The notes under the pieces were generated by a model. It was given only the letters and a program-made list of their open reading frames with translations, had not been told where the DNA came from and ran no database searches. From the NCBI RefSeq assembly GCF_009914755.1, contig NC_060925.1: 64,000 bases of DNA; one strand, 5' to 3'. Origin of the DNA: the human T2T-CHM13v2.0 reference genome, Homo sapiens. Position numbers and translations under genes: made by a program. Of this stretch, positions 1 through 13,309 are shown piece after piece. Within the stretch, counting starts at the first letter, position 1. The number at the start of each line of letters is the position of its first letter.

Positions 1-1650
1 AGAAACGTTTTACAGATGAAAAAACTGAGGTTGAACAATGAGCATCCCAGGTGTACATTTCATTATTGTTTCTACATTGTGTTGTAATTATATGAAAAGT
101 ACAGATTGAGACTCTGTACTTTCCAATTTGGAATCTTAACACCTAACAGTGCTTGGCACATTTAAGGCACGTATTAAATGTTGAATTATGGAAGGCCTTA
201 CATACGCTATAGTGATAGAAGCTTTTCAAATGGAAGTGGTTATGTCCTGCGTGATTTGGACCCTCTTACAGCACCTAGCATAATACTCAATAAGTATTTG
301 GAAGGTTGAGTATATGGATTTAAAATTGGCTGGAAAAATTCCAGTAAACTCAGAGGTTTTGGAGTGATGGTGCTAGTAGTGGGATCACTACTGAAGAAGG
401 ATAAAGAAGATGAACCTCCTAATATGCTCTTGCCACAACTGTGGGTCTGACTCTTATTTAAGCATTCTTATTCATGACCTGGATGGAAAAAAAAGGAAGA
501 AGCTGCTCCTTTTTAGAATTCACTAATGATTCTAATTTGGAAAGTATCTTGAGCAGCTCGGGCAACAGAAATAAAATGCAAATGACCTTTGAGACATGAG
601 GTATGCAGGCTGGGAATAATAACTTTGTGAGCATTTGAAAAAGGCAAGGCAGTGAATACACCTGGGGAAAGAGAATCCAAACACAGAGCTGTTCTGGGAA
701 GCAGATGCCAGATCTCAGTGATGCCAAAGTAGGCCCAGGAGGCACAGTGGTTGGCAAATTAAATTCAGGCCAGCCATGCAGTCTGGCAGGATGAAAGAGA
801 AGTCCAGGTTGAGGCTGCCTGTGCAGAAGGGCACGGAATAACAGTTCCTCTGTGGACAGTTGTAGCTGAGCAGCACCTGGCACCACACGTTGTGTTCCCA
901 CCACTTCATTACTAGGGAAGCTCAGGCAATTTGGAAGTGCAGAGAATAGCAATAAGAGTGAATGAATTCAAGAGCCCGAGGAAGGATGCGGATGAAAGAT
1001 TAAAAGGATTGGATAGCTGTAGTTTAGCTACAGAAAGCTAAGGGAAGAGAAAGGAGAGGCCTGGAAACTAATAATAAATATCCAAGTCTGTTCTAAAATA
1101 GCCAAGAAGAAACTTGCAGAGTAACCATTAAATTAAGATTTTTCAATTGAAAATGGACATTTTCTTCCAAGCCATAGGCTTCTTGCCTAAACCAGCACTC
1201 TGCCTACGCAGGTGCTTAGTAAATACTATCTTATGGAATAACTTTTGTTTGCCAAAAGAGTATATGATCTGGGAACTAGACCAACCGAAAACACATTAAA
1301 AAATCAGACAACCCATTCCTTAGCGCCCCGTGAGGACAGGATTAAAGGAACTGGATTTTTGTTGTGTTGTTCAAGTCATACTCTTCAACAATGAAGTTAC
1401 CTCTTCCCATTCAGACAAATAAAGAACAAAATAGAAACCTTTGTAGCACAGGGAATGCCTAAGACACGGTTGACTAGGCTCTGGTTAAATCCCAGTATTG
1501 CAATTTACTTTATGTCAAAGGGAACAAGCAAAATGCTAATGCCTACCCTCTCAGACAAACCTTCCTAGGCAATGGAGGGGGTGTAGAAAAGGGTGTACTT
1601 TCTGGACTAATGGTGTACTTGGTGGACTTCACTTTTAAATGATCAACCAC

Positions 1651-1920
1651 TTGGGAGGCGGAGGGGAGTGGATCACAAGGTCAGGAATTTGAGACCAGCC
1701 TGGCCAACATAGTGAAACCCCATCTCTACTAAAAATACAAAAAAGTAGCTGGGTGCGGTGGCAGGTGCCTGTACTCTCAGCTACTTGGGAGGCTGAGGCA
1801 GGAGAATCACTTGAACCTGGGAGGAGGCAGAGGTTGCAGTGAGCCAGGATCGCGCCACTGCACTGCACTCCAGCCCCAGCGACAATGCGAGATTATGTCT
1901 CAAAAAAAAAAAAAAAAAAA
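1651..1920 (+). mobile_element. Alu SINE (AluS, Sg-like), 5'-truncated by ~37 nt
   Basis: Begins TTGGGAGG, has GGATCACAAGGTCAGG, A-rich linker, right arm and poly(A) ending at 1920. Direct repeat ATCAACCAC at 1642-1650 and 1920-1928 (TSD). Confidence 0.95.
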
Positions 1921-2159
1921 TCAACCACAAATATCCAAGTAGATAAGTTAGAGGTAATTTCTTGTTTTATAGAAGGAGTCTCTATAAACAGCCAGCTCCC
2001 CTTGCTTTGAGCCATTCTTTGTTTACAGATCATTAACCACACCTTTCTTAACTTAGTGCCTGGGTAAGAAAATAAAGTATTCAGCTTCCCAGCCAATTGC
2101 AAAGCCTTCATAGTGCCATTGTTAAGCTCCAGGCTCAGAGGGCTTCCTCAAACAAGCCA

Positions 2160-3000
2160 GACCTTTGAAACATACTGCTCCTCCCTCTGCTGGTCTTGTT
2201 TATCCTCCCACTTCTCTGCCCCATTCTTGCTTTCTTCCTGGCTGGCTCCCTCTCATTCTTTTCCTCTCAACTTAAATGTCCCCTCTTCTAAAAGGCCACC
2301 CTATGTGTGTTTATCTGCTTGGGATGATTTTGGCTGCAAATAAGAGGAAACTGTATCGATAGTGGCCCAGGCCAGTAGATATTAATTCACTTGCTTGAAG
2401 TCCATAAGCACATAGTTCAGCTCTGGTACCATGGCTCAGCAATGCAGTCAAGGACCAGGCAGCCTTCTAGCTCTCTGCTTCATCTCATACCATTGGCTTC
2501 CATCTTTATTATTTCAATATATATGCTTCACCCCAGCATCACTTCCATGCCCCAGGCAGGATGACATAGCAGGAGTTAAGGGAGCATAAAGTCTTTCTTA
2601 CGTGAGGCGTTGTTGCTTTTTTCAGGAAGGAGAATAGTCCCCAGAGACTCCTAACTATCTCTGATTGATTAGAACTGTGTCACGTGCAAGATAGTCTGAA
2701 ATATCATGATTAGCTTTCCAACCTCTATAGTAAAGGAAGGCAAGGGCCAGGGGTCTGTGGATATCTTTTAGGCAGCCAAACTTCAGTGTCTGCCATGGTA
2801 TATGCCTCTCCCTCTCCTACCCCCCATTTACCCTCAGTCATGGTTCCATATTTTTTTCTCTTCATGGCATTTACCATGATTTGTAGTTGTACATTTTAAT
2901 CCCACTGGGATAGATATCTTCCATAGCTGGCTCTGCCGCCACTGTATCCCCAGCCTTTAGTGCCCTGTGCCTGATGAATAGCAGGTACTTAATAAACATG
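2160..3000 (+). mobile_element. L2 3' fragment interrupted by a MaLR LTR
   Basis: Pyrimidine-rich L2-like sequence at 2160-2300, resuming at ~2800 and ending in the typical tail GTGCCTGATGAATAGCAGGTACTTAATAAA. Confidence 0.6.
2303..2796 (-). mobile_element. MLT1 (MaLR) solo LTR, MLT1I/J-like
   Basis: TTTTGGCTGCAAATAAGAGGAAACT near one end, GATTGATTAGAACTGTGTCACGTG internally, and TAGGCAGCCAAACTTCAGTGTCTGCCA at the other end; these resemble the antisense MLT1 consensus. Confidence 0.6.
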
Positions 3001-4604
3001 GTTTGATTTGTAGCTTAGCTGGCTGCTAGATGAAAAGAGAAGAGAAGTTATTTCTGAAGTTATCACACAATCACAACATCCTGGAAAAACAGGATTCTGG
3101 TTATCAAAATTTGATTTACACATACATCCTTTGTATTTATTATACCATGTTTCAAATATAAAGAGATGTATATATGAAATAAAATAACGAACACTCAAAT
3201 TCCCACCATTCAGCTCTATCAAATTTACAGATTTTGCCATAGGCCCTTGAGGTCTGTTGATACTGTTATATTTTAAGAAACAAAACATCTCAAATCCAAT
3301 TGATGTCCCCGTGTCCCTTCCCTGTCCGTGCTCCTGTCTTTCTGTCTCCAGAAATAACCATTACCCTGAATTTGAGTTTACCAGTCTAGTATGCATTTTT
3401 ATACTATGACTATATATGTACATAGTCATAGCAATTACAGGGCATTATTTTGCAGGTTTTCAAGCTGCTATATAAATATTATATTTTGTATAAAATTATA
3501 TAGATTATATAAATACTAAAAATATTATTACCTTTTTGGTCTATTTGTTTAACTACATTTTTGCATATAGCTATGTAGTGTTTTGTTGTATAAATATACC
3601 ACAATTTATTTTTCCATTTTTCTGTTGATAAACATTTTGATTGTTTACAGTCTTCCCCTGTAATAGGTAATGCCACATACAATTAACATTCTTTTACATA
3701 TTTTTTTTTGTCACACATGTGAGGGTTTCTTAGTCTAAGATATATACCTAGAAGTAAATTTACAGGGGGAAGGAGGTAGGATTGCTCTGATTTTCTTTGA
3801 TTCGGCCAAAGTGTTCTACAAAACAGTTGTGCCAACTGATGCTTCCACAAGCAGTGGATGAGAGAAGCTGTTTCAGGTTTCAGCAGTTGGTATCATCAGA
3901 CAGATCTGTATCAATCTTTTAGTGTGAAATGGCATCACATCATTTTATTTTGTGTTTCCCTGACAATGAGGAAGGTTGAAGATCTTTAAATAGGTATCTT
4001 GGCCAATCAAGTTTTGTTTTATAAAAATTTGTGTCCATTTCCCTTTTAGAGGGAATGGGTTTTGTTTTCTTATTGATTTATACAGTACTTTATATATTCT
4101 GGATAGCAATTCTTTGTTGTTAACATGCATTGCAAATGTCTTTTTCCACACTGTTGCTAGGCTTTTCATGTTGTTTATGATGTTGCTTTATTAATAGCAG
4201 TATTCAATTTTAATATCATACAATTTATCAACCTATTACTTTGTGGTTTGGGCTTTTTATGTCTCATATAAGAAAACCTTCTTCATTTCCAAAATTCTAA
4301 AGATTCTACCATATTTACTTATAAAAGCTTTACAGTTTGGCTTTCTACAAGTAGTCCAGCTGGAATCATTGTTATATAATATAATGGGCTCTAATTTTAT
4401 TTTATTTTTTGCTGCATAGGTAACTAGTCATCTCAGCAGCATTATTGAATGCTTCATTTTTTGGTCACTGATTGATTGATACCAAGTTTGCATGTATGTG
4501 TGTGTCTCTTTTTGGATTCTGTATTATGCTTCAGTGTTCTATTTTTTTCCCCATGACAGTACTACTCCTTGATTATTCCTGTAGCTTTAGAGATATTATT
4601 GCAT

Positions 4605-4780
4605 AGGGTTAGGTGTAGGGGCTTAGTAGCCATGCTGCTTGAGTTTGAATCCTAACAATGCCACTGCCTAGCCATGGGATCTTGAAAGAGTTCCATAATC
4701 TCTTTGTGTACCAGTTTCTTTTTTATCTGTAAAATGGTGACAATAATCATATCTAACTTATAATGGATAAAAAGCTTTTG
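4605..4780 (+). mobile_element. MIR SINE (tail continues after the Alu, to ~5150)
   Basis: GAGTTTGAATCC, followed by the MIR core CAGTTTC..TCTGTAAAATGGTGACAATAAT. Confidence 0.75.
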
Positions 4781-4784
4781 CCTG

Positions 4785-5112
4785 TTTTTTGTTTTGTTTT
4801 GTTTTTTGAGACGGAGTTTTGCTCTTGTCACCCAGGCTGGAATGCAATGGAGCGATCTCAGTTCGGTTCACTGCAACCTCTGCCTCCCGGGTTCAAGCGA
4901 TTTTCCTGTCACAGCCTCCCGAGTAGCTGGGATTACAGCACCTGCCACCACACCCAGCTAATTTAATTTTTGTAGTTTTAGTAAAGACAGGGTTTCACCA
5001 CGTTTGCCAGTCTGGTCTTGAACTCCTGATCTCAGGTGATCTGCACCCCCGCCCTGCCTGCACCGGCTTGCCAAAGTGCTAGGATTACAGGTGTGAGCCA
5101 CTGTGCCTGGCC
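4785..5112 (-). mobile_element. Alu SINE (AluSp/Sq-like), full length
   Basis: Antisense Alu with (GTTTT)n tail, GAGTTTTGCTCTTGT..GCAATGG diagnostic and CTGTGCCTGGCC end. TTGCCTG is repeated at 4778-4784 and 5113-5119. Confidence 0.95.
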
Positions 5113-5575
5113 TTGCCTGGTATTTTAATAAACCTTAAAAGTTAGCAGTTTTAGTCATAGTGTGAGTATCAGCATTATTATTACTAATTGTGATATCTGA
5201 TAGGTCAGGTCACTTCTACCCTTTCTTCTTCTCCAAAATGGTCTTAAACATTGTTGACCTTTTGCTCTTTCACATGAATTTCAAGATCAGCTTATAGTGC
5301 TTCATGACAAAGTTGATTGAAAACACAAATGTCATTGCATTGACATATGGATTAATTTGATTCTCCTTATCCGTAAACTTGACATAACTTTGTTTATTCA
5401 GCTCTTTTATGCCAATTAGAAAGTAATTTTGTAATTTATTCCACAGAGGCCCACACATGTTTCTTAGAATTATTTTTAGCTGCATTGCAGTTTGTTGTTG
5501 CTATTGTGAATAAGATTTTTTTCATCTTATTAATTATTATTATTACAGCTTGGATTCTGGTGTCAATGCCATGTT

Positions 5576-6565
5576 CTTTTTTATTGATACATAATATTTG
5601 CACATATTTATTCAGTCCATGTGATATTTTGTTGCATTCATAGCATGTGCAATTATTAAGTCAAGGTATTTGGAGTATCCATCACCTAGAATTTTTACTA
5701 TTTCTGTGTGTTGGTAACATTTCAAGTCCTTTCTTCTAGGTGTTTTGAAATTTACGATACATTTTTGTAAACTATAGTCGTCATACTCTGCTGTCATATA
5801 TTAGAGCTTATTTCTTCTATTTCACTGTATGCTTGTATTCATTAACCAACCTCTCTTCATACCCCTCCCAACCCCCACCACACACACACTTCACAGCCTC
5901 TGGTAACTATCATTCCACTCTGTACCTCCATGAGGTCAACATTTTCAGTTGCATGTCAGCTCCACTGTTGGGGGCAGTGGGGTCACTGCCAATGGTTCAT
6001 GCTTTGGCCCTGGTGACAGCAGCCAGGAGCAGCAGCTGCTGCAGGTGGGGGAGGTCAATGGGTTTCCAAGGGTGTGGATATGCAGAGACTGTTGCACCCT
6101 AGGGCAAGATGCAGTGTAGCGGAGGCTGGGCTCTAAAAATGGCACCTTGCTGTAGCTAGTTAGGACTTGGGGTATGTGTGGGACCCAATGTGAGCTCCCT
6201 CTCTGGAGCAATGCTGTCATGTGGATTCCAGGCAGCTCCCTATGTTAGTCTCAGGGCCCACAAAGATCAAGGGACTCTCTCACGGCTAGGATTGCTGGAG
6301 TCTGTGGTGGGAATGTGGACCACTGAGGGTCTCTCACTTACCCTTTCCCCCACATTGGAGAGCTTTTGCAGGCTCTGAGCTGCTCCCTACTGAATTGGAT
6401 GCCTCACTTCCCTCTTCCTTTGCTTTCCTTTCACTTTTCTGCTGAATTCCAGTGTCCTCTCTTAGATGACTTACTTGAAGTGTGATTATCTGTTCACTCT
6501 TTTGGCTCCTCTTTGTGGAGGAGGTGAGTACCAGATACCTCTAGTCAGCCATCTTGAAGCCCCTC
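5576..6565 (-). mobile_element. L1MA-type element: 3' UTR (5576-~5950) joined directly to 5' UTR (~5950-6565)
   Basis: L1MA 3' end signature TTATTGATACATAATATTTGCACATATTTA..GGTATTTGGAGTATCCATCACC. Then a GC-richer block ending CTAGTCAGCCATCTTGAAGCCCCTC, which is the L1 start CAAGATGGCTGACTAG in antisense. Confidence 0.7.
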
Positions 6566-8867
6566 AGCGTTATTATTCTTGAATGAGTTGTTACTGCTCT
6601 GTAGAAATTCTGTTGTTACCTTTATGTTGATCATGTATCTGGCCACCTTGCTGAACACTGACTAATGTTTATGGTCTGCAGATTCCCATGAATTATTTAT
6701 GTAAACAAACCATTTATGCTTTAATATAGCTTTGTTTCTGTCTTTCTAATATGTGCCTCATATTTATTTTTATTTTTCTTTTCTTAAAATGTTGACTAAG
6801 AACTCCTAACAGCATTAAAGAGGAGTATTGATAGCAGGCATCCTTATCTTATTCTAACCCTAATGGTAACTTTATGTTGCATTATTAGGTTTGATTCTTG
6901 CTATCGGTTTTTGGTAGATAATATTTATCAAGTTTAGAAAGTTACCTTTTATTTCTAGTTTACAAAGATTTTTAGACATAAAAGAATGTTAAATTTCATG
7001 AAATATTTTTTGGAGTCTCTTGAGTTTATCATGGATTATCTATTTTTAATTTGTTATTATTGGGTAGTACTTTAATAGATTTTCTAATGTTGAAACATCT
7101 TTTTATCCTAGGATAATAATACACATTGGTAATCAATAGTGTTTCAAAGAAATACTTGGGTCTTTTCCCAAAGGACAAAAAACCTGAAGGTTTCAAGCAA
7201 TTACTTTGATTTGATTTTACATAAGTTGTTTTTAGATCTTTGTAGGTACCATTCCTTTATCTCTGTCATCTTTTGGCATTTATTTATTTTTTAATATGGA
7301 GCATGTAAAACGTGTATAATAGTAACAAAAGATATGAACAGTGGGAGATGAGGAAGGTGGAAATGTTAGCTCTACTTATTTTGGACCACAAAATGAGGGT
7401 TGCTAGAATCTCCTCTGAAGTACTGGATTTGAAAATCGATCAGCCAAGAATTTCTGGAGTCACTCAGGCCCGTGCCATATAATTACATTATTTGCTGAGG
7501 AGGTTAATCAGGCTGGCCATTTGTCTAAAGACCTGGTGACACCTATATCCAAAATTATTTTCAAAACGAGCCCTTAACTGCCCCGCATAACTGGGTCCTG
7601 CTTGTGAGCTGCAAGGGCTTGACTTCTTAGGAGTTGTCCTGTGTGGCACTGATGATACCTGGTGATGGAAAATGTGTCTGCTCTTATTCCCTTACAGCCA
7701 CTTTGTTTTCTCTCTATTTTTACTCGTCTTTAGTAATTACATGATTTTTGAGACTAACATACATGTAAAACCTTTTGTAGATCTGATGCTAAGCAAAGAA
7801 ACGATGTTCTGCTCAATAAGTAGAGTTTCCATCTTACAAAATTATTTCAGTGCAATTGCTTTTGGTGGTAAAATGCCAAGCATTGTAGAAATATGATTTT
7901 GATGGTGGTTGAGCAGTACTGTTTCTGTCTAATTACACTCACGTATTCATACAATTACTGTGAAATTACTGTACCAAAAGCAGTATATACACATAGTAAT
8001 AATAATGCAATGTTCTGATTGGCTGGCTTTTTAAAAGATTTCAGAAATTGATTAAAACATTTAATGGTTCTTCTTTCAAGTATTTGTGAACCAAATTTCT
8101 TATTCCAATTGAAAATATGTTACAAAGAGAATATTCATTTCTCCTTCCCCCTTCATCATGTAGAACATAGGGAGAAAGATACGGAACTCCTGGGAGTTAT
8201 CTCCTTGATTAACTATGAAGTAATAAACAGAAGAAAACAGCAACAATTCATGTAGTTGGGTACTAAATCTACACCTTTATGGCCTGCATTTGCCAACTGT
8301 CTCCATATTTGACAGATAAAGTGCATCTGTGAATTTTAAGTCTCTCGGGTTATAGTTAAGATATGTAATTAGAGTTCCAGATATACATCTTACCTAAAAA
8401 CTTCTGCTATGGGGAGGGGAGAAACCAATTAAGTCAGTTTTACTCAGCTTCAAAAAAAACCCCTCAACCTGAAAACTGATGAAATAACTAATGAGGACAC
8501 TTCATGTGGGGCATGTTATTTCTTGATAGAGCAAGTGTGTTCTGGGACAGAGGCTCTTTCCCTGAAGGCTGGAGTCAGGAGGTTTACTTGGTTAATAAAA
8601 CCACCTCCTTGAGACATGTGACTTGATGTGTGTGTGGTGGAGGGGGTAGAAACTAGTATTTTTGAACATTTGTTATATATAGTTTCCTAAGCATTTATAC
8701 TTATCAGAAGAAAGTTAGCTATCTGAGAAACTCTATTAACTTAAACAGGCCAATGAAGAGCTGCTTCAATGCACTGAAGCACAAATGCATTACAATCCCT
8801 GGGCTGCTGAGGACTAATTCCAGACTAGAAACACTTCTAATAATTCTAATGACTATAATGACAAAAA

Positions 8868-9026
8868 GTAACTAATATTTCCTGAGCAGATAGTACATGC
8901 AAGACTTACTAAATGTTAAGTAAGTGTTAACTTATTTAATATTCAAGAAAAACACATGGTAGGTAATAGGTCATTAATAGTTAGAAACTGAGGTTCAAAA
9001 CAGTTAACTAATTTGCCCAAGGTACT
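8868..9026 (-). mobile_element. MIR
   Basis: GAAACTGAGGTTCAAAACAGTTAACTAATTTGCCCAAGG, antisense MIR core. Confidence 0.75.
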
Positions 9027-9892
9027 ATAAATATCTCCTTTGATAGGTTAAATCATTTTTCTTCTGTAAAATGGAAACAGACCAGTTGATTATTGCCATT
9101 TATAAAATAGCCTTAATGCCCTTAAAAATAAAAACTCCCTTGAATAATATATGAGGAGAAGGCAGGAAGATGCTAGAAATGTCAGCTTATTAGAGTAAGT
9201 ATGTATTATATTGTTAACAGCCACCAAAAATTCACATAGAAAGAAGTTACTAGAGATCTTCAGGAAGATTACAATCTAATCAGACAGATAAAACACACAC
9301 ACAAGAAATTACTTGAAATAATTAAATAATAAAATGTCAACAAATGCAAAGTAGATACATAATTGGAATTGAATTCTAGTTTCTGTGGAATTAATATCAT
9401 TAAATCAGATACAAAATGATGGGGCAGGGAGAGAGTGGGTGACTCCTTCTCTTAAAGGATTCTTCCTGCTTTCAACATAAGCTGGTGATTCCAATGAGTG
9501 CATGAGGACAAATCAATGTGAAGGGCCCAGGAAATGCTGACTGATCCAAACAAAGTGAACCTGGTCATTAATGTTCTCCTAAAGGTGAGATTTGAGATTC
9601 AAAGAAGGTGAGACCCATTGATCAGTTCAGAGGAGCCAAGGGATATTCTGATTTGAGGATAAGGTGGAGAGAGCAGATTAGGCTATTGATAGACTGAAGA
9701 ACGAGTGAAAAAGTAGCAGGTGTAAAGGAGGGAGGCAGGAGTGAGAGATGCAATAAATTTTTCTAAAGTAGCTGGGTCAGGAAAATTTGAAGAGCTAGAT
9801 AAAGATTACAGTAGAATTCCCAGGGTTCTATATTTTTAGAGGGATTCTGGGTACCAGGAAAATTCAATAAGAAATTCTGGGGTTAGGACATA

Positions 9893-11440
9893 ATTTTTAT
9901 AAAAGATTTATTAAATATATTATTCATATACCATACAACTCACCCATTTAAGGCATATGATACTGTGTTTTTTAGTGTATTCAGAGTTGTGCAACCATCA
10001 CTGCAACCAATTTTAGAACATTTTTATCACTTCAAAAGGGAACTATACCCATTAGCAGTCTACTCCCCCGTCCTCCTAATAACCCTAGCTGTAAGCAGCC
10101 ACTAATCTGCTGTCTCTATAGATTTGCCTATTCCGGATACTCCATACAAATGGAATCATACAGTACGTGGCCTTTTGTGTCCAGCTTCTTTCATTAAGCA
10201 TAATATTTTCCAGTTTCATCCATGCCATAGTATGTATCTGTACTTCATGATTTTTATGGCTGAATAATATTTTATTCTATGGACATATACACATACATTT
10301 TATTAATTAATTTATCAGTTCATGGACATTTGGGTTGTCACTTTTTGGCCATTATGAATAATGCTGCTATCAACATTCATGTACAAGTTTTGGTGTGAAA
10401 ATAAGTTTTTTTCTTTTTTGGATAAATACCTGCCTGTGAGTGGAATTGCTGGTGCTTATACTAACTCTATGTTCAACATTTTCAGGAACTACCAGACTAT
10501 TTTTTAGAGTAGCTGTACCAGTTTACATTTCTACCAACAGTTTATGAGGGTTCTGATTTCTCCATATCTTAGCCAACTCTTGTTATTATCTATCATTCTG
10601 ATAGTAGCCATGATAATGGGTATACCTCATTATGGCTTTGGTTGCATTTCCTAGTTGGCTAATAATGTTGAGCATCTTTTCCTGTACTTACTGACTATAT
10701 ATCTTCTTTGGATAAATGTTTCTTCAAATCGTTTGACCATTTTTAATTGGGCTATTTATCTTTTTCTTATTGAGCTTTAAAAATTCTTTATATATTCTAC
10801 ATGCACATCCTTAATTATATGTATGATGTGCAAATATTTTCTCTCACCTTGTGGGCTATCTTTTCACTTTCTTGCCAGTGTGCTTTGAACACAAATGTTT
10901 TTAATTTTGATAAATCCAATTTATCTGTTTTTTTCTTTTGTCACTTATGCTTTTAGTGTCGTATTTAAAAAGGCTTGCCTAATCCAAAGTAAGGAGTATT
11001 TACTCCTACATTTTCTTTTGAGAGTAGTAGAATTTTAGCTCTTATGCTTAGGTCTATTATCTATTTTGAGTTTAATTTTGTGAATGGTGTGAGGAAGGTG
11101 TCTAACTTCACTTTTTTTGCATGTGAATATACAGTTATCACCGAACCAGATGTTGAAAAAATTACCCCCTCCCCGACCCTCACCATTGGATTGTCTTAGC
11201 ACTCTCATAAAAAATTGATCATAGATATATATTCTTATTTTGGGACTCTTAAGTTTATTCCATTGATCTTCATGTATTTCCTTCTTCCACTGCGTGCAGT
11301 TTTGATTACCATAACTTTGTGGCAAATTTTGAAATCAGAAAGTGTGAATCCTCCAACTTTTTTATCCTTTCATAGGATTGCTTCTGGCTATGCTGGGTCC
11401 CTTGAATTTCCGTGTGAATTTTAGGATTAACTCATCAATG
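9893..11440 (-). mobile_element. L1MB (L1MB7/8-like) 3' ~1.5 kb
   Basis: 3' end ATTCATATACCATACAACTCACCCATTTAAG..GTTGTGCAACCATCACT. Minus ORF 11035-11325 (DQWNKLKSPKI) is a degenerate ORF2 piece. Confidence 0.9.
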
Positions 11441-12059
11441 GGAAATTGGGATGCGGGCTTCTCCAAACTCTCCAGGCAAAACTAATGTTCCATCAGGATT
11501 GTAAACCACAGGTAAAGATCTGAGAGGAGGCAAATAACATTTACTGATTACCTACCATGCATCTAAATTCTGCAGTGGTGAATTTATATGTCTTATTGTT
11601 TAATCCCCATGGTAGCCTTATGGAGCAAATACTCCAATTTTCAGGTAATAAATATGAGTCTAAGAAAGGTTGTCTTGCCATAGTTTATAAATAGTGATGT
11701 CAAGATTTATCTTAGGTTTCCACATTAGTTATTCTACCTCTCTCCCCAAAGAAAAGTAGAGTAGATAGGCTGGAAACTAACCCTTCCACTCCTATGAATA
11801 GCCTTTGCATCCCATTAGGGATGCAATGTAACATTTATGTTGTATTAGACTTTATACATATATTTCTTCCATTTGTAGAATGGGAATGTGTGGAGTCATT
11901 CCAGCCAAAAGCAGAAGAACAAAAGAAAATGAATCATACATTTTCAATATGGCTACATCATAAAGTTATATAAGAGGAAGAATACAAAAGATGAAACATG
12001 TTAGTAAGAGGGAGCTATGGTGGTTCCCAAATGACAAACTATGATAAATATTTCCCCAA

Positions 12060-12800
12060 AAACAAAACTACAATGAGACACCCCCTCACAAAAGTCAGAA
12101 TGGCTATTACTACAAAAACAAAAAGTAGCCAACATTGGAGAAGTTGTGGAGAAAAGGGAACACTTATACACTGTTAGAAGGAATGTAAATTAGTTCAGCC
12201 ACTGTGGAAAGCAGTTTGGAGATTTCTGAAAGAATTTTTAAAACAGAACTACCTTTCAACTCAGCAATCCTATTACTGGGTATATACCCAAAGGAAAATA
12301 AATTGTTCTACCAAATGACACCTGCACTCATACGTTCATCACAGCACTATTCACAATAGCAAAGACAGGGAATTAACCTAGATGCCTATCAACAGTGGGC
12401 TGGATAAAGAAAATGTACATATACACCATGGAATACTAAGCAGCCATAAAAAATAATGAAATATTGCCCTTTGCAGCAACATGGATGCAGCTGGAGCCCA
12501 TAATCCTAATCAATTTAACTCAGGAACAGAAAATCAAATGCCACATGTTCTCACTTATAAGTGGGAGCTAAACATTGAGTACACATGGACATGTAGAAGA
12601 GATCAATAGACACTGGGCACTGGGGACCCCTAGAGTAGGGAGAATGGGAGGGGAGGAAGGGCTGAAAAACTACCTACTGGGTACTATGCTAACTACCTGA
12701 ATAACAGGATTATTTGTACACCAAAGTTTAGTGCTGCAATTTACCCATGTAACAAACCTGCACATGTACCCGTAAACCTAAAATAAAAGTTGAAAATAAA
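12060..12800 (+). mobile_element. L1PA15/16-like (or L1PB) 3' fragment
   Basis: ORF2 end plus 3' UTR: GGGCTGAAAAACTACCTACTGGGTACTATGC..AACAAACCTGCACATGTACCC..AAATAAAAGTTG. Confidence 0.9.
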
Positions 12801-13309
12801 GTAAAATGGCATAAAATGTTATAGATACATTTATCTATGCCAATGTTTTGAATTTGATATTTTACTATAGTTACACAGGTATAGCTCTTGGGGAAAATTG
12901 GGTAAAGAGTATGTGGGACCATTCTGTATTATATTTTCAACTTCCTATAAATACACAACTATTTAATAATAAATTTTTAAAAAAGAAAAAAGAGGAGGCA
13001 ATGTGCTGAGTTTTCAGTAAAGCTAAAATTACTTAAATACTTCTGAAATTATTTTCCTTCCTGGTGTGTGACTATATATGAAAAATATCTTATTAAATAA
13101 TAGAGAAAATGCATAGATAATATATCTTTTTCCTTTTTCTCTCTTTACTTGGAGTAATAAAAAGTTTGTAACCCTTGGTAAGTCTTCCAAAATTGTTAAT
13201 TTTACTTTGCTGGTTCAAGAAGGCCAAATCTAGAAACCACTACCATAGATGACGGGAAGCTACTGAAGAATTTTGAATATTAAGTGGAATGAATCTTTAG
13301 ACTTATGTG

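Larger units (their letters stand above)
3130..7130 (-). mobile_element. Old L1M (L1ME-like) 3' UTR and ORF2 remnant, fragmented by later insertions
   Basis: T-rich antisense L1 motifs throughout. Minus ORF 3945-4169 (WKKTFAMHVNNKELLSRIYK) resembles the L1 ORF2 C-terminus. Interrupted at 4600-5150 and 5576-6565. Confidence 0.75.

Noticed and set aside
458-952. Longest ORF in the track (164 aa, minus strand)
   Set aside because: Non-ATG start, no recognisable domain, composition typical of non-coding sequence; probably overlaps an old LTR fragment.
1318-1340. CTCF-like motif (reverse of TAGCGCCCCGTGAGG)
   Set aside because: Mismatches at core positions of the CCASYAGRKGGCRS consensus; not supportable without ChIP data.
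1635-1868. Alu-derived ORFs (also 4763-4966, 18558-18839, 39126-39412, 59771-59995)
   Set aside because: Standard Alu translation artefacts ([22 protein letters not shown]).
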